From the NCBI GenBank assembly GCA_041483895.1, contig JBGPGO010000013.1:1-64000 (forward strand): a stretch of DNA of 64,000 nucleotides. Direction: 5' to 3'. The position numbers and the translations under genes are program-made. This DNA comes from Fimbriimonadia bacterium (GTDB lineage Bacteria; Armatimonadota; Fimbriimonadia; Fimbriimonadales; JABRVX01). This document shows, piece after piece, positions 7,201 to 15,176 of the stretch. Numbering within the stretch: the stretch's first letter is position 1; each line of letters begins with the position of its first letter. The notes under the pieces were generated by a model, which did not search any database, was not told the origin of the DNA, and saw only the letters and a program-made list of their open reading frames with translations.

Positions 7201-9184
7201 CGAACGATTGGGAGTCGGGTTCTTCCAGCGCGCCGTAAGAGTAAGTCTCCTTCGCGCCATTGCCACAGGCGGCGCTCGACAGTTGACCGTAGCTGTTGAA
7301 ATCGAGCGTCAGCAGGTCTCTCGCCGGATACGATTGTCCTTGCCAATTGGACCAAAACGGGACGGAAACCTGATAGGGAAAGCCGGTATCTTCGGAACCC
7401 GCCGGATTGTAGGCGAGGTTGAAGATTCGGCCTCGCTCGTCCGTCCCGTGAACCAGCTTGCCCGAAGTATAGGAGAGATCGAAGTGGTTCCCATCGCTGT
7501 AGAGGATTTGAGTAGGCTGGCCCATCACGTTGTAGCTGAATTGCGTCGTGACGCCCCCATTCTCCCCACCTTCAATCACGCCCGGAGTGGATGGATCGTC
7601 GAGAGGATAGTTGCGGGACGATGTGACGTTGCCAAACGCCGAATAGTCCAAAAACTTGCTAATTCGGCCGGAAGCGTCGGTGATTTGGCTGGTCCAGCCT
7701 TGATATGGACCTGATGAATAGTATGAGAGCTTGGTCGGCGCGTCGATTCTTGGCTCCCAAATCTCAGCAACCTCATAATTGGCGCCGTAATTGATGTGCC
7801 ATTTGTTCTGCGCCGGATTCCAGATTTGCGTCAAGGCATTCGTTGGATTATGCGTATTCGGATCGTAGTTGCCGTTGCCGATATACCAGTCCGTGCCGTA
7901 CCCAAAATTCTCCGCAAAACTGTTCGGCCACGTCTCCGAAGTCTTATTGAATCCATCCCAGCCCACCAGCCACGGATTGCCTTCAAAGTCCGTTACTCTC
8001 CAAACGTTGCCATTGGATAGCCGGTCAATCGCGCTGTCGATGGATCCGAAATTGCCATCGATCTCCGTCGACATTTGAATGCTGACCGGCAACCCTTGTG
8101 AGTCGAGTTGCGTCGTAACGCTCGGCGCGGTCCACGCGTTCTGAAATTTCAAACCGGACAGAGAAGTCGCGCTCAGTTCGGTGGTGTTGGAAGTGGGATG
8201 ATGCGTGTAATGAAATTCATGCGTCGGATAGCCGACGGACCTGCCGTAGTCGACCAACAGTTCCGGATCGGGTAAGTCATTATAGGTATAGGCAATCGTA
8301 ACCGGAGCCGTCGATCCTAGGCTTTGCGATGCGTCCGAAACGTATGGTACTTGCGGATTGACGACGTAGTTGCTGACGAGCTGACTCCAGGCGTCGACGA
8401 GCGTCGCGGTGGCGTCGGTTTGGCCTACAATCCAAGAAAGAGTCTGGCTGCATTCGAGCGCCTCTTCATCCTCTCCAACGCTCGCCCCCCAATCCGCGCC
8501 AGCTGTGGAAGCCGCCGGATCGGTCGCCGCGATCCGGCCAAAATTCTTCGTCGGGTCATCGAACGGGCCCGATGCGAGTATCGCGTCGGTATAGGGAGAA
8601 GGCAGAGTGCTCCAATGAATCCGTATGGGATGCGCCGCCGTCGGATCGGTCACTTCGACATAACCGCTCTCGAGGTGCCAATCGAACTGATAGACTCGCC
8701 CGATCGGATCCGTCATGGAGATCAGATTGCCGACCGGCGATCCTTCAGTCCCATGGAATCGATACACCCAATTGCCCGCCATGTTCATCGCCCCGGGAGG
8801 ACCGGCGGTCAACGCGTAATCGTCGCCGACCTGGATGACGCTCTTCGTGGTCGCATCCGGCGACCAACCCGCGCCAAAGTTTGTAAACGAAGGCCCGCTG
8901 CCGTCGATATCGGCGACAAATATACGCGGAAATCCCTGCACGCCCTGCCCCTCGGTCAATCGTATCGCCAAGAACCCGTAACGATTGCCCCAATAGTCTT
9001 GGGTGACAACCGCGGAAAGGCTCTCCCAAATGTAGCCGGTAGGGTCCCACGTGAAGCCGAAATCGGTCCACATCTGGCCAACCGATGGCGCATCGAACGG
9101 AATAGGCCATACGTTGGGAATCTTGATCTCGTCTTGCGAAAAGCCCAGCGCCGGCAACAGCACGGCAAGGGCGATCGAGCGCAT
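4211..9184 (-). CDS. Sec-signal RHS/YD-repeat polymorphic toxin with two tandem HINT domains and a His-rich nuclease-like tip
   Basis: Signal peptide MRSIALAVLLPALGFS; YD repeats; RHS core GAREYDPHVGRWLQRDPIG...YSYCGNSPIVRSDPSG; two CFPAGT...YNL.V...HTYFV...HN domains; tip with HH...HDGYCSWH. Confidence 0.93.
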   Translation of the reverse strand: MRSIALAVLLPALGFSQDEIKIPNVWPIPFDAPSVGQMWTDFGFTWDPTGYIWESLSAVVTQDYWGNRYGFLAIRLTEGQGVQGFPRIFVADIDGSGPSFTNFGAGWSPDATTKSVIQVGDDYALTAGPPGAMNMAGNWVYRFHGTEGSPVGNLISMTDPIGRVYQFDWHLESGYVEVTDPTAAHPIRIHWSTLPSPYTDAILASGPFDDPTKNFGRIAATDPAASTAGADWGASVGEDEEALECSQTLSWIVGQTDATATLVDAWSQLVSNYVVNPQVPYVSDASQSLGSTAPVTIAYTYNDLPDPELLVDYGRSVGYPTHEFHYTHHPTSNTTELSATSLSGLKFQNAWTAPSVTTQLDSQGLPVSIQMSTEIDGNFGSIDSAIDRLSNGNVWRVTDFEGNPWLVGWDGFNKTSETWPNSFAENFGYGTDWYIGNGNYDPNTHNPTNALTQIWNPAQNKWHINYGANYEVAEIWEPRIDAPTKLSYYSSGPYQGWTSQITDASGRISKFLDYSAFGNVTSSRNYPLDDPSTPGVIEGGENGGVTTQFSYNVMGQPTQILYSDGNHFDLSYTSGKLVHGTDERGRIFNLAYNPAGSEDTGFPYQVSVPFWSNWQGQSYPARDLLTLDFNSYGQLSSAACGNGAKETYSYGALEEPDSQSFDSWDGSTVASRTVLFNYTTDGLIRQIVRPTGTVSYEYNKNRWLRKRIFGTTTHEYVYDPGGVVQSAKVTDSGVELRRTDFIYDPLTNWVSRMTQYPNGPGTGYVIDYLYTPDGSVSRETLKLGSTILQRLNYTYDAAGRVIEIDDDTTSPTEVTTFTYDGAGNLVLISMAGEKLETSLYWGDSAGHGHDFLERVEHRKVAFQMMLFGNPGAVLASYSYAPYPDNLPASSTEMVGLSTTNVAWAYDPYGQLRQETRAGTPTNFTYDLGGNLATLGTRTFTEYSAGTVHTNQLATDSGVASYLYDSNGARSQRTDAAGVTDTNFDSLDNLVEVRLSGSPINQASYDALDQRVKQTVGTTTSYYLYDQFGDLIAELNSAGNLVARYVWGPAGPVYQVAGAARKYYLGDGLGNSRLLVTNQGTITDKYTYDAWGNIVSQTGATSNPFRWNSADGYQYIPATKLYHIGAREYDPHVGRWLQRDPIGPFGNDPNVYSYCGNSPIVRSDPSGECWWLIMDGAFFLYDLGEGIGAELSGDSETARQKFMDAAIDVACAAVPFAAPPLVKGLIKGTQEAVEYFKVAKESHACFPAGTPVLTPTGYTAIDQLHSGDVVVARDASTGLNTTAKVLSLIELPGAERLRLTFASQGALEVTGEHPLYRVGSGWVPASRLKVGDWLVTHSDQVQITAIESLPAVPVYNLSVDSPHTYFVGSDQVLAHNKWLAGFWTGIKNKWASLGNWIRKLLGLGNCFPAGTLVWTEDGMRPIEQIRPGDKVFAVGGATVQRMGKIASPAPGTAELKVHLASVTRAFVRQVESLVVLGLSDGTILRLTEEHPVYVPDAGWVPAGLLQVGNCVQTRAGPLQIAVVSREVFPVKVYNLEVGEDHTYFVSPAGILVHNQCGQKHHVITRRTERALAKHQTLAGKVSREDANLMVRAKDAAAHDGYCSWHREFDPTVEDWLGTNRKATIEEFEGFLQDWYGRPDSQSKFPGYIPTLRGGIPRR
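4526..4972 (-). other. Pre-toxin HINT domain 2
   Basis: CFPAGTLVWT ... TEEHP ... VYNLEVGEDHTYFVSPAGILVHN; catalytic motifs intact. Confidence 0.9.
5060..5455 (-). other. Pre-toxin HINT domain 1 (aa 1244-1375)
   Basis: CFPAGTPVLT ... TGEHP ... VYNLSVDSPHTYFVGSDQVLAHN; Cys1, TxxH and terminal His-Asn intact. Confidence 0.9.
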
Positions 9185-9237
9185 ACCAACACCTCATTTA
9201 TCTCTCAATTTAGTATAGATATAAGTACTTGTTTATT

Positions 9238-9265
9238 ATTATAAGCTAATTACGATAAATGTCAA
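9238..9265 (-). promoter_or_regulatory. Consensus sigma70 promoter for the RHS toxin operon
   Basis: Minus strand TTGACA (9265-9260), 16 nt, TATAAT (9243-9238) within an AT-rich intergenic region. Confidence 0.75.
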
Positions 9266-9348
9266 GTAGTTAAGCGGAAATATTTTTGGCAGCTATAATC
9301 GGGGAGACGGGCCTTCTCGAGGCGAATGGTTCAAGCAAGAGGTGAGGA

Positions 9349-12081
9349 ATGGTGTTTCTCGTGGCGATGATGGGGCTGCTTTCCCAAGACAGCTGCTCCG
9401 TGGACTGGACCCCGGCGGAGCGGCAGGGGATCGAGACGGCCCTGCATGCGATGAACATGACGCCGGAGGACCTGCGCTACAACAAGCGCCCGTTCAACGA
9501 CAAATATCGGCTGCCGATTGTGGACAGGTGCCTGGATGATCCGCTCGCCGTGCCGGTGGAAGTGGAGATACTGAGGAGCCATTTGTTCCAGCGCTTCGAA
9601 CGGCTTCCGTCAGTCTTGATGAGTCCGCTCTTCTCCGATTATCATCAGACAATTCCGGCGATGGTAGGCGGCTTTCAGAATAATAGCAATTTGCGGCAAT
9701 TGCCGAAAGCTTTGCATGAGCCGGCACGACGATTGATAGAATCGGTGGAATATGTAAACGCACGTCTCTCCAAAGTGTTTCGTCCCCTCAATGAGTCGGA
9801 AAGGCGCGATCTCATTAACAGCTTGCCTCAAATCGCTTTGGAAGAAGAGACGAAGATTCAGTTCGATTTTCAAAAGCCAAATGCTAAAAGATTAAAACCC
9901 GATTCTGTCTGGAAACTTCTCGATAAGATCGATATGCGCGAACTTGCCAACGTTGCTGATTTGCTCTCGTGGCAATCGCACGAACTGGCTTCAGATTTTT
10001 CCCATGCACGCAGAATGATTTCTAATTGGCGCGGTAAGGTCTCCATAAACACTGCCTACGGAAGAATTGTCATTGCGGGGACCGGAGATGACGTTCATGA
10101 CTACGGGCGCGATGTGATCGCAATCATCGAACTCGGTGGCAACGACACCTACCGCGGTGCAACCGGCGGAGCAATCGGCAACGCGACCATGATCATCGAT
10201 CTGGCGGGCAACGACAACTACGATCTCGGCGATCTTTCCGGCGGAGCGGGACTGCTCGGAATCGGCCTGCTCTATGATGTCGCGGGCGATGACACTTTTC
10301 GCGGCGGGCATCTCTGTTTCGGCGCGGGGCTGGCCGGCGTCGGAATGCTTATCGATCGAGCCGGCAACGATGTCTACACGGGAAAGACCATGACGCAAGG
10401 GTTCGCGATGTTCGGCCTCGGGTGGCTTGATGACTGGGCGGGTAACGATCTCCACGACGCCTGGTTCATGGCGCAAGGCGCGGCGGCAACGATGGGAATC
10501 GGCATTCTTTCCGACCATCGCGGCAACGATATCTACCGCGCCGGAGGGTGGCTTCTCAACGCGCCGCTGTTAGAAAAAGAAAAGGTCCATTATAGTTTCG
10601 CGCAGGGGTTCGCGACAGGATTCCGCGAAGACACCGGCGGCAAATCGGGCGGCATCGGCTTCCTTTATGACGGCGCTGGGGACGACACATACAGCGCCGA
10701 AAGCTATGCCCAAGGCGCAAGCTACTGGTTCTCTTTCGGCGCGCTTCTCGACATGGGCGGACATGATAGCTACGATAGCTACTACTACTCGCAAGCGTCC
10801 GCCATGCACCTGACCGTCGCCGCGCTGATGGATATGGGCGGCGACGATTCCTATTCCTGCAAGAAGGGCGCGATGCACGCCATCGGCCACGATTACGGCG
10901 TCGCGGTCATGCTGGATCGCGCAGGCAACGACGCATACACAGGCGCAAATACCAAACCCGGCGTCGGCAATGCGAACGGCGTGGGTATATTCGTTGACTC
11001 TGCCGGCGATGACGGATATAATGGCCCGCCGGCGGTCGGCAATCCCGCGCGCGGATCCGGAAGCGTCGGCATCTTTGTCGATCTCGGCGGCGCGGATCGC
11101 TATTATCCAGGATTCGCGGACGGCCAAGTTGCGGTCAAAGATCAGTGGGCGGTCGCGCTCGACATGCCCGATCCGCTAAAAACCGAGACGACCACGCAGG
11201 CAACCGAAACGCCAAAACCGCCCATCGTCGGATCCATCCCCGCCCCGAACGAGAAAGACATGGAGCAGATCTACAAGGATGCCAGTCTGTGGGAGGTCGG
11301 CGGCGCGCGTGAAAAAGTACGAGCGGCCCGCCACAAGCTGATCGGCATCGGCCTCCCAGCCTGCAAATACCTGGCGTACAAGAAGCTTAAAACAGTGGAT
11401 AACCTGAGCATGCGGACCTTCGTCGAAGTGTTTGGCGCGGTAGGCCCGGAAGCGCAACTTCTCCTCGTGAAACACCTGAACGATTCGGACGAGAATCAGA
11501 CGAAGAACCTGTTGCGGATGGTGCAGGAGATCAAAATCACCTCCGCCGCCGACTATCTCGTGCCACTAATATACAATCCCAAGTTCATCAAGCAAGCGCT
11601 GCGTGTCGCGGGTGCGCTAAAGGCGAAGGACCTTGTCCCGGAACTAATTATCCCGGCGATCAGCCCAGACGAAACAATCGCACTAGAAGCCGTGATCGCC
11701 TTGGGACAGATCGGCGACCCGAGAGCGGCGGAAGTTCTCGCCGACGCCCTGTCCGAAGATTCCATGCCCGTTCGCGAAGCCGCTGCAGTATCTCTTGTCC
11801 AGCTCGGTCCCATCGTTATTCCGCTGCTAAATGCATATCTCGCCTCCGATATCGAGAGGGACAAACGAATGGCCCTAAAGGTACTTCGACAACTCAAAGT
11901 CGCAGATGCCGAATCGTACGCGGTTCGGTTCTTAGATGATAAGGATTGGGGCGTGCGGCTGGATGCGATCGAAACCCTGGTGGCAATCGGCAAATCCGAC
12001 ATCGCGCTCACCCATCGGGAGCGGGAGACAAATCCGCTCCTTCTGGCAAGACTCGACGCCATCGCGGCGAAGAACAACTAG
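9349..12081 (+). CDS. Large exported protein with D-x-x-G-[ND]-D-x-Y repeats and C-terminal HEAT repeats
   Basis: Hydrophobic N-terminus; more than ten G-x-L-x-D-x-x-G-[ND]-D-x-Y motifs; ALGQIGDPRA and VREAAA HEAT-like repeats. Confidence 0.8.
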   Translation: MVFLVAMMGLLSQDSCSVDWTPAERQGIETALHAMNMTPEDLRYNKRPFNDKYRLPIVDRCLDDPLAVPVEVEILRSHLFQRFERLPSVLMSPLFSDYHQTIPAMVGGFQNNSNLRQLPKALHEPARRLIESVEYVNARLSKVFRPLNESERRDLINSLPQIALEEETKIQFDFQKPNAKRLKPDSVWKLLDKIDMRELANVADLLSWQSHELASDFSHARRMISNWRGKVSINTAYGRIVIAGTGDDVHDYGRDVIAIIELGGNDTYRGATGGAIGNATMIIDLAGNDNYDLGDLSGGAGLLGIGLLYDVAGDDTFRGGHLCFGAGLAGVGMLIDRAGNDVYTGKTMTQGFAMFGLGWLDDWAGNDLHDAWFMAQGAAATMGIGILSDHRGNDIYRAGGWLLNAPLLEKEKVHYSFAQGFATGFREDTGGKSGGIGFLYDGAGDDTYSAESYAQGASYWFSFGALLDMGGHDSYDSYYYSQASAMHLTVAALMDMGGDDSYSCKKGAMHAIGHDYGVAVMLDRAGNDAYTGANTKPGVGNANGVGIFVDSAGDDGYNGPPAVGNPARGSGSVGIFVDLGGADRYYPGFADGQVAVKDQWAVALDMPDPLKTETTTQATETPKPPIVGSIPAPNEKDMEQIYKDASLWEVGGAREKVRAARHKLIGIGLPACKYLAYKKLKTVDNLSMRTFVEVFGAVGPEAQLLLVKHLNDSDENQTKNLLRMVQEIKITSAADYLVPLIYNPKFIKQALRVAGALKAKDLVPELIIPAISPDETIALEAVIALGQIGDPRAAEVLADALSEDSMPVREAAAVSLVQLGPIVIPLLNAYLASDIERDKRMALKVLRQLKVADAESYAVRFLDDKDWGVRLDAIETLVAIGKSDIALTHRERETNPLLLARLDAIAAKNN

Positions 12082-13083
12082 GTGGAACCTCTCACGCCGG
12101 CCAAGGTCGCCGAGCTGCTGATCAATTCCGGCCTCACCGTCGCCGGCTCGCTGGTCGTTGCCTGGATCGCATCCGCCGTCCTGCATGGTGCCGCGAATCG
12201 GCTCGCCGCGATTCGAAGAGTGGAGTCGCATCAGACCTCCGCCGCCGCACTTCGTCCATCGGTCTGCTGGGGGATTCTGCTGTTTGGCGGCTACGAGGCG
12301 TTTCTGCTTTGGCCGTGGCACGACACCGTCTTGAGTATCGGCGCGCACGTATCCTTGGCGCTGGCCACACTGCTCGGCGTCCTCGCCGCCGTGCGGCTGA
12401 TCAATGTCGCCGTGCGATGGTACACGTCGCGGGAAAACACCGTCCATGCCCACGACATCGTCGGCATCCTTGCGAAATCAGCCATTGCAACCGTCTGGAT
12501 CGTGGGTCTGCTGCTCACGCTGGATCTATTCGGGTACAAAATTGGTCCACTGCTGGCTTCATTGGGAATCGCGGGCGCGGCGATCGCGCTCGGCCTGCAA
12601 GATACGCTGTCTTCCCTTTTCGCGGGAGTCTATCTGATGATCGACCGGCCCATCGTTCCGGGAGATTTCGTGAGGATTGACGGCGGCCACGAAGGCATCG
12701 TCGAACGCATTGGTTGGCGCAACACGTGGCTGCATTCTTGCGACGGCCGGCCCATTGTGGTTCCCAATGTTACGTTGGCAAAGAGCGTGATCAGCAACCT
12801 TGCCGCGCCGGATGCGCGCCGCGTGGAGATCACTTCCCGTGTCGCCAACGGCACAGAGATCAATCGGTTGGAAAATCTATGCCTCGAAGTCACTGCCGGA
12901 CTGGATCGCTTTTTGGAATCGGAGTATCCTACGGAATTTCGCGTTATCGACGTTGGCGGCGCGGGCATCGGTTTCTCGCTTGCCGCCCGGGCGCGCGAAA
13001 ACGTCGACCGACTTGATGCCGAAAGCGAATTGCGAAAGGCCATCTATCGCCGCTTGTCGGAAGAAGGCATCCAACTGGCGTAA
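12082..13083 (+). CDS. mscS: Small-conductance mechanosensitive channel (MscS family)
   Basis: LASLGIAGAAIALGLQDTLSSLFAG, RPIVPGDFV, G-x-V-x-x-IGWRNT, IVVPN. Confidence 0.9.
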   Translation: MEPLTPAKVAELLINSGLTVAGSLVVAWIASAVLHGAANRLAAIRRVESHQTSAAALRPSVCWGILLFGGYEAFLLWPWHDTVLSIGAHVSLALATLLGVLAAVRLINVAVRWYTSRENTVHAHDIVGILAKSAIATVWIVGLLLTLDLFGYKIGPLLASLGIAGAAIALGLQDTLSSLFAGVYLMIDRPIVPGDFVRIDGGHEGIVERIGWRNTWLHSCDGRPIVVPNVTLAKSVISNLAAPDARRVEITSRVANGTEINRLENLCLEVTAGLDRFLESEYPTEFRVIDVGGAGIGFSLAARARENVDRLDAESELRKAIYRRLSEEGIQLA

Positions 13084-13089
13084 CAGATC

Positions 13090-13114
13090 CCCTTGGCAGA
13101 GCGACTGTGAAGGG
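13090..13114. repeat. Degenerate copy of the CCCTTCACAGT-N3-ACTGTGAAGGG palindrome
   Basis: cccttggcagagcgactgtgaaggg; right arm identical to copies at 20576, 20695 and 45776. Confidence 0.55.
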
Positions 13115-13179
13115 ACAGCAATCGTCACTGTCAGCACGGGCAACCACCCGTCCACGATGTTAGAGGAAACGGTCCTCCA

Positions 13180-13578
13180 TCATGTCACCTTTCGAACGTG
13201 GTCATAGAGAAGTATCTTTTCATCGGAAGTCACAAGGACATAGTTTTGAACTCTCGCTGTGGCGACGATGATTTGATCGGCCGGATCCTTGTGAAATTCC
13301 CCTGGTAATCGGGTCGATTCCACCGCGATTTCCGGTGTCAGTTCCGCGATTTGAATTCCCGATGGTGCAAGCGCGTCTTGAAACCAATCCTCAATCTGCA
13401 TATGCAGCTGAAGGCGATTTCGCTCGACCAGCTTCGCTACTTCCCAGCAAGAGATCGCGCTGACACGAATGGGGACGTTCAAGTCGGTCATTTCCGTGAG
13501 AAAAACTCTGTAGCTGTCGCTAAGTTCCTTGCTGCTATGAACCCACCATATCCAAATGTGGGTATCTAAGAGGATCAA
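13180..13578 (-). CDS. vapC: VapC/PIN-domain ribonuclease toxin
   Basis: LLDTHIWIW, SAISCWE, HKDPADQIIVATA, LVTSD. Confidence 0.92.
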   Translation of the reverse strand: MILLDTHIWIWWVHSSKELSDSYRVFLTEMTDLNVPIRVSAISCWEVAKLVERNRLQLHMQIEDWFQDALAPSGIQIAELTPEIAVESTRLPGEFHKDPADQIIVATARVQNYVLVTSDEKILLYDHVRKVT

Positions 13579-13988
13579 CTAGTGGCTGTCCACTCATCTA
13601 TCGATACCGGTTCGAACGGATCGACTAGCGTTACCGCCTTCCCACGCAAAGGGTAAGTCGGCCGCTCTGATGGCGTCATTGATGGTTGCTTCCCTGGCTC
13701 GGCAGTTTTTATCTTCAGTCTCTGCAGGAACTCGGCCTCAATCATCTTTCCACTAATCGTGACGCTTGCGGCGACCGCGATGACAAGAAGTGGCGCCGCC
13801 ACATACACTAAGGGCGATCCGATCGCCAGAGAATATGCCAGGAAACCACCCGTTAGCACATTCAGTAACGCGACCGAAAACAGCGAGGCTACCAATCTTC
13901 GCCCATTCCTTCCCGAAATCTTATCGGGATATGAGCCAGGCAAAGGTCTGTCCACAGATGAAATGTCAGTTACGCCGTGGGTTTGCAT
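13575..13988 (-). CDS. Putative antitoxin-like protein with two N-terminal transmembrane segments
   Basis: 4-nt overlap with the vapC start; tail YPLRGKAVTLVDPFEPVSIDEW resembles tails of small proteins upstream of PIN toxins; two hydrophobic stretches. Start uncertain. Confidence 0.55.
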   Translation of the reverse strand: MQTHGVTDISSVDRPLPGSYPDKISGRNGRRLVASLFSVALLNVLTGGFLAYSLAIGSPLVYVAAPLLVIAVAASVTISGKMIEAEFLQRLKIKTAEPGKQPSMTPSERPTYPLRGKAVTLVDPFEPVSIDEWTATS

Positions 13989-14168
13989 CGGATTACTCTC
14001 ATGTATCTACGATTGCTGTATCGCAATGGTACCTTCGTTAAATCTCACGATCCAAAATCGAGCCAGATTTCACAACTGGCTAGCATCATACTCCGAAGTC
14101 AACTGTTCCCTGAGAATGGAACCCAGAATCCAGGCAATACCCTTTGCAACGATGCCGACGAGCTCTTG

Positions 14169-15176
14169 TTAATTCGCCTCAGTAATAAATAGCCGCACCG
14201 AAGGGAAGGCACGTAAGGTCTCGCCCGCTCCGTCCGCCCCAAGGACGCAGAAGGCGGTCGCGAGCGAGTCGGACGTGATGCCGTCCTTGGCGATGACGGT
14301 CGCCTCCGTCCTGGTCGTTAGACCCAAACCCGTCTTCGGGTCCACGATATGCGAGTACCGCTTCCCGCTGAAGATCACAAACTGCTCCGTATCCCCGGAC
14401 GTTGACACCGCGCAGTCATGCAGCTCCAAGATTCTAGGCAGAGTTTTGGAGGACGCCGCGGCTTCCGGCGCCAAGTGCGACATGGGAAGCGGCGGCACCC
14501 GGCGGCCGGTGGGAACGACAAGTTCCGCGCCAGCGCTCTGCATCTGCACCCGCCAACCCACAGTCCCGGGCGGAGGACCGGACATGACGATATCCCCCCC
14601 GGCCTCAATCAACGCCCGCTCGATCCCATTCTGCCGCAGCACGGACATGGCACAATCCAATGCGTAACCCTTCGCGATGCCCCCCAAATCCAGTCGTATC
14701 CCAGGCATCGCCAATTCGACCGTCCGCTGATTCCGATCCAACTTGATCCGCTGCCAACCAACCAGCGACCGGGCAGCGGCAATCTCCGAGGCGCTCGGCA
14801 ACACCCCGGTCCTACGCGCCGTCCGCCACAGCGTAACCACCGGCCCGACCGTAACATCAAACGCTCCGTCCGAAGCCCGCGACAGCTCAACCGACCGCCG
14901 CAAAACCAGGAAAAGTTCCGGGCTGACCGGCACCGGCCCCTGCCCTGCCCGATCGCACAGCCGCATCAACTCGCTGTCCGGCCGGTAGTCGCTCATCATC
15001 GCGTCGATCTGCGCGATTCGGTCAAAAGCGGCGGTGCAAGCCTGTTCGGCGGACGCCTGATCCGCCGCGTATACCGTCATGTTCACTTGAACGCCCATGT
15101 GGAGTTGCGTATAATGGAACCGGTGTAGGCCGGGATCGCCCAAACGAAGCAGCATGAAGAGAGATAAAAGACCCAT
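14169..15176 (-). CDS. apbE: FAD:protein FMN transferase (ApbE)
   Basis: MSDYRPDSEL, GAFDVTVGP, LDLGGIAKGY, VSTSG, YSHIVDPKTG. Confidence 0.93.
   Translation of the reverse strand: MGLLSLFMLLRLGDPGLHRFHYTQLHMGVQVNMTVYAADQASAEQACTAAFDRIAQIDAMMSDYRPDSELMRLCDRAGQGPVPVSPELFLVLRRSVELSRASDGAFDVTVGPVVTLWRTARRTGVLPSASEIAAARSLVGWQRIKLDRNQRTVELAMPGIRLDLGGIAKGYALDCAMSVLRQNGIERALIEAGGDIVMSGPPPGTVGWRVQMQSAGAELVVPTGRRVPPLPMSHLAPEAAASSKTLPRILELHDCAVSTSGDTEQFVIFSGKRYSHIVDPKTGLGLTTRTEATVIAKDGITSDSLATAFCVLGADGAGETLRAFPSVRLFITEAN
15087..15115 (+). promoter_or_regulatory. Putative sigma70 promoter inside apbE, antisense, upstream of the FGE/Gfo operon
   Basis: TTGAAC (15087-15092), 17 nt, TATAAT (15110-15115). 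Confidence 0.5.
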
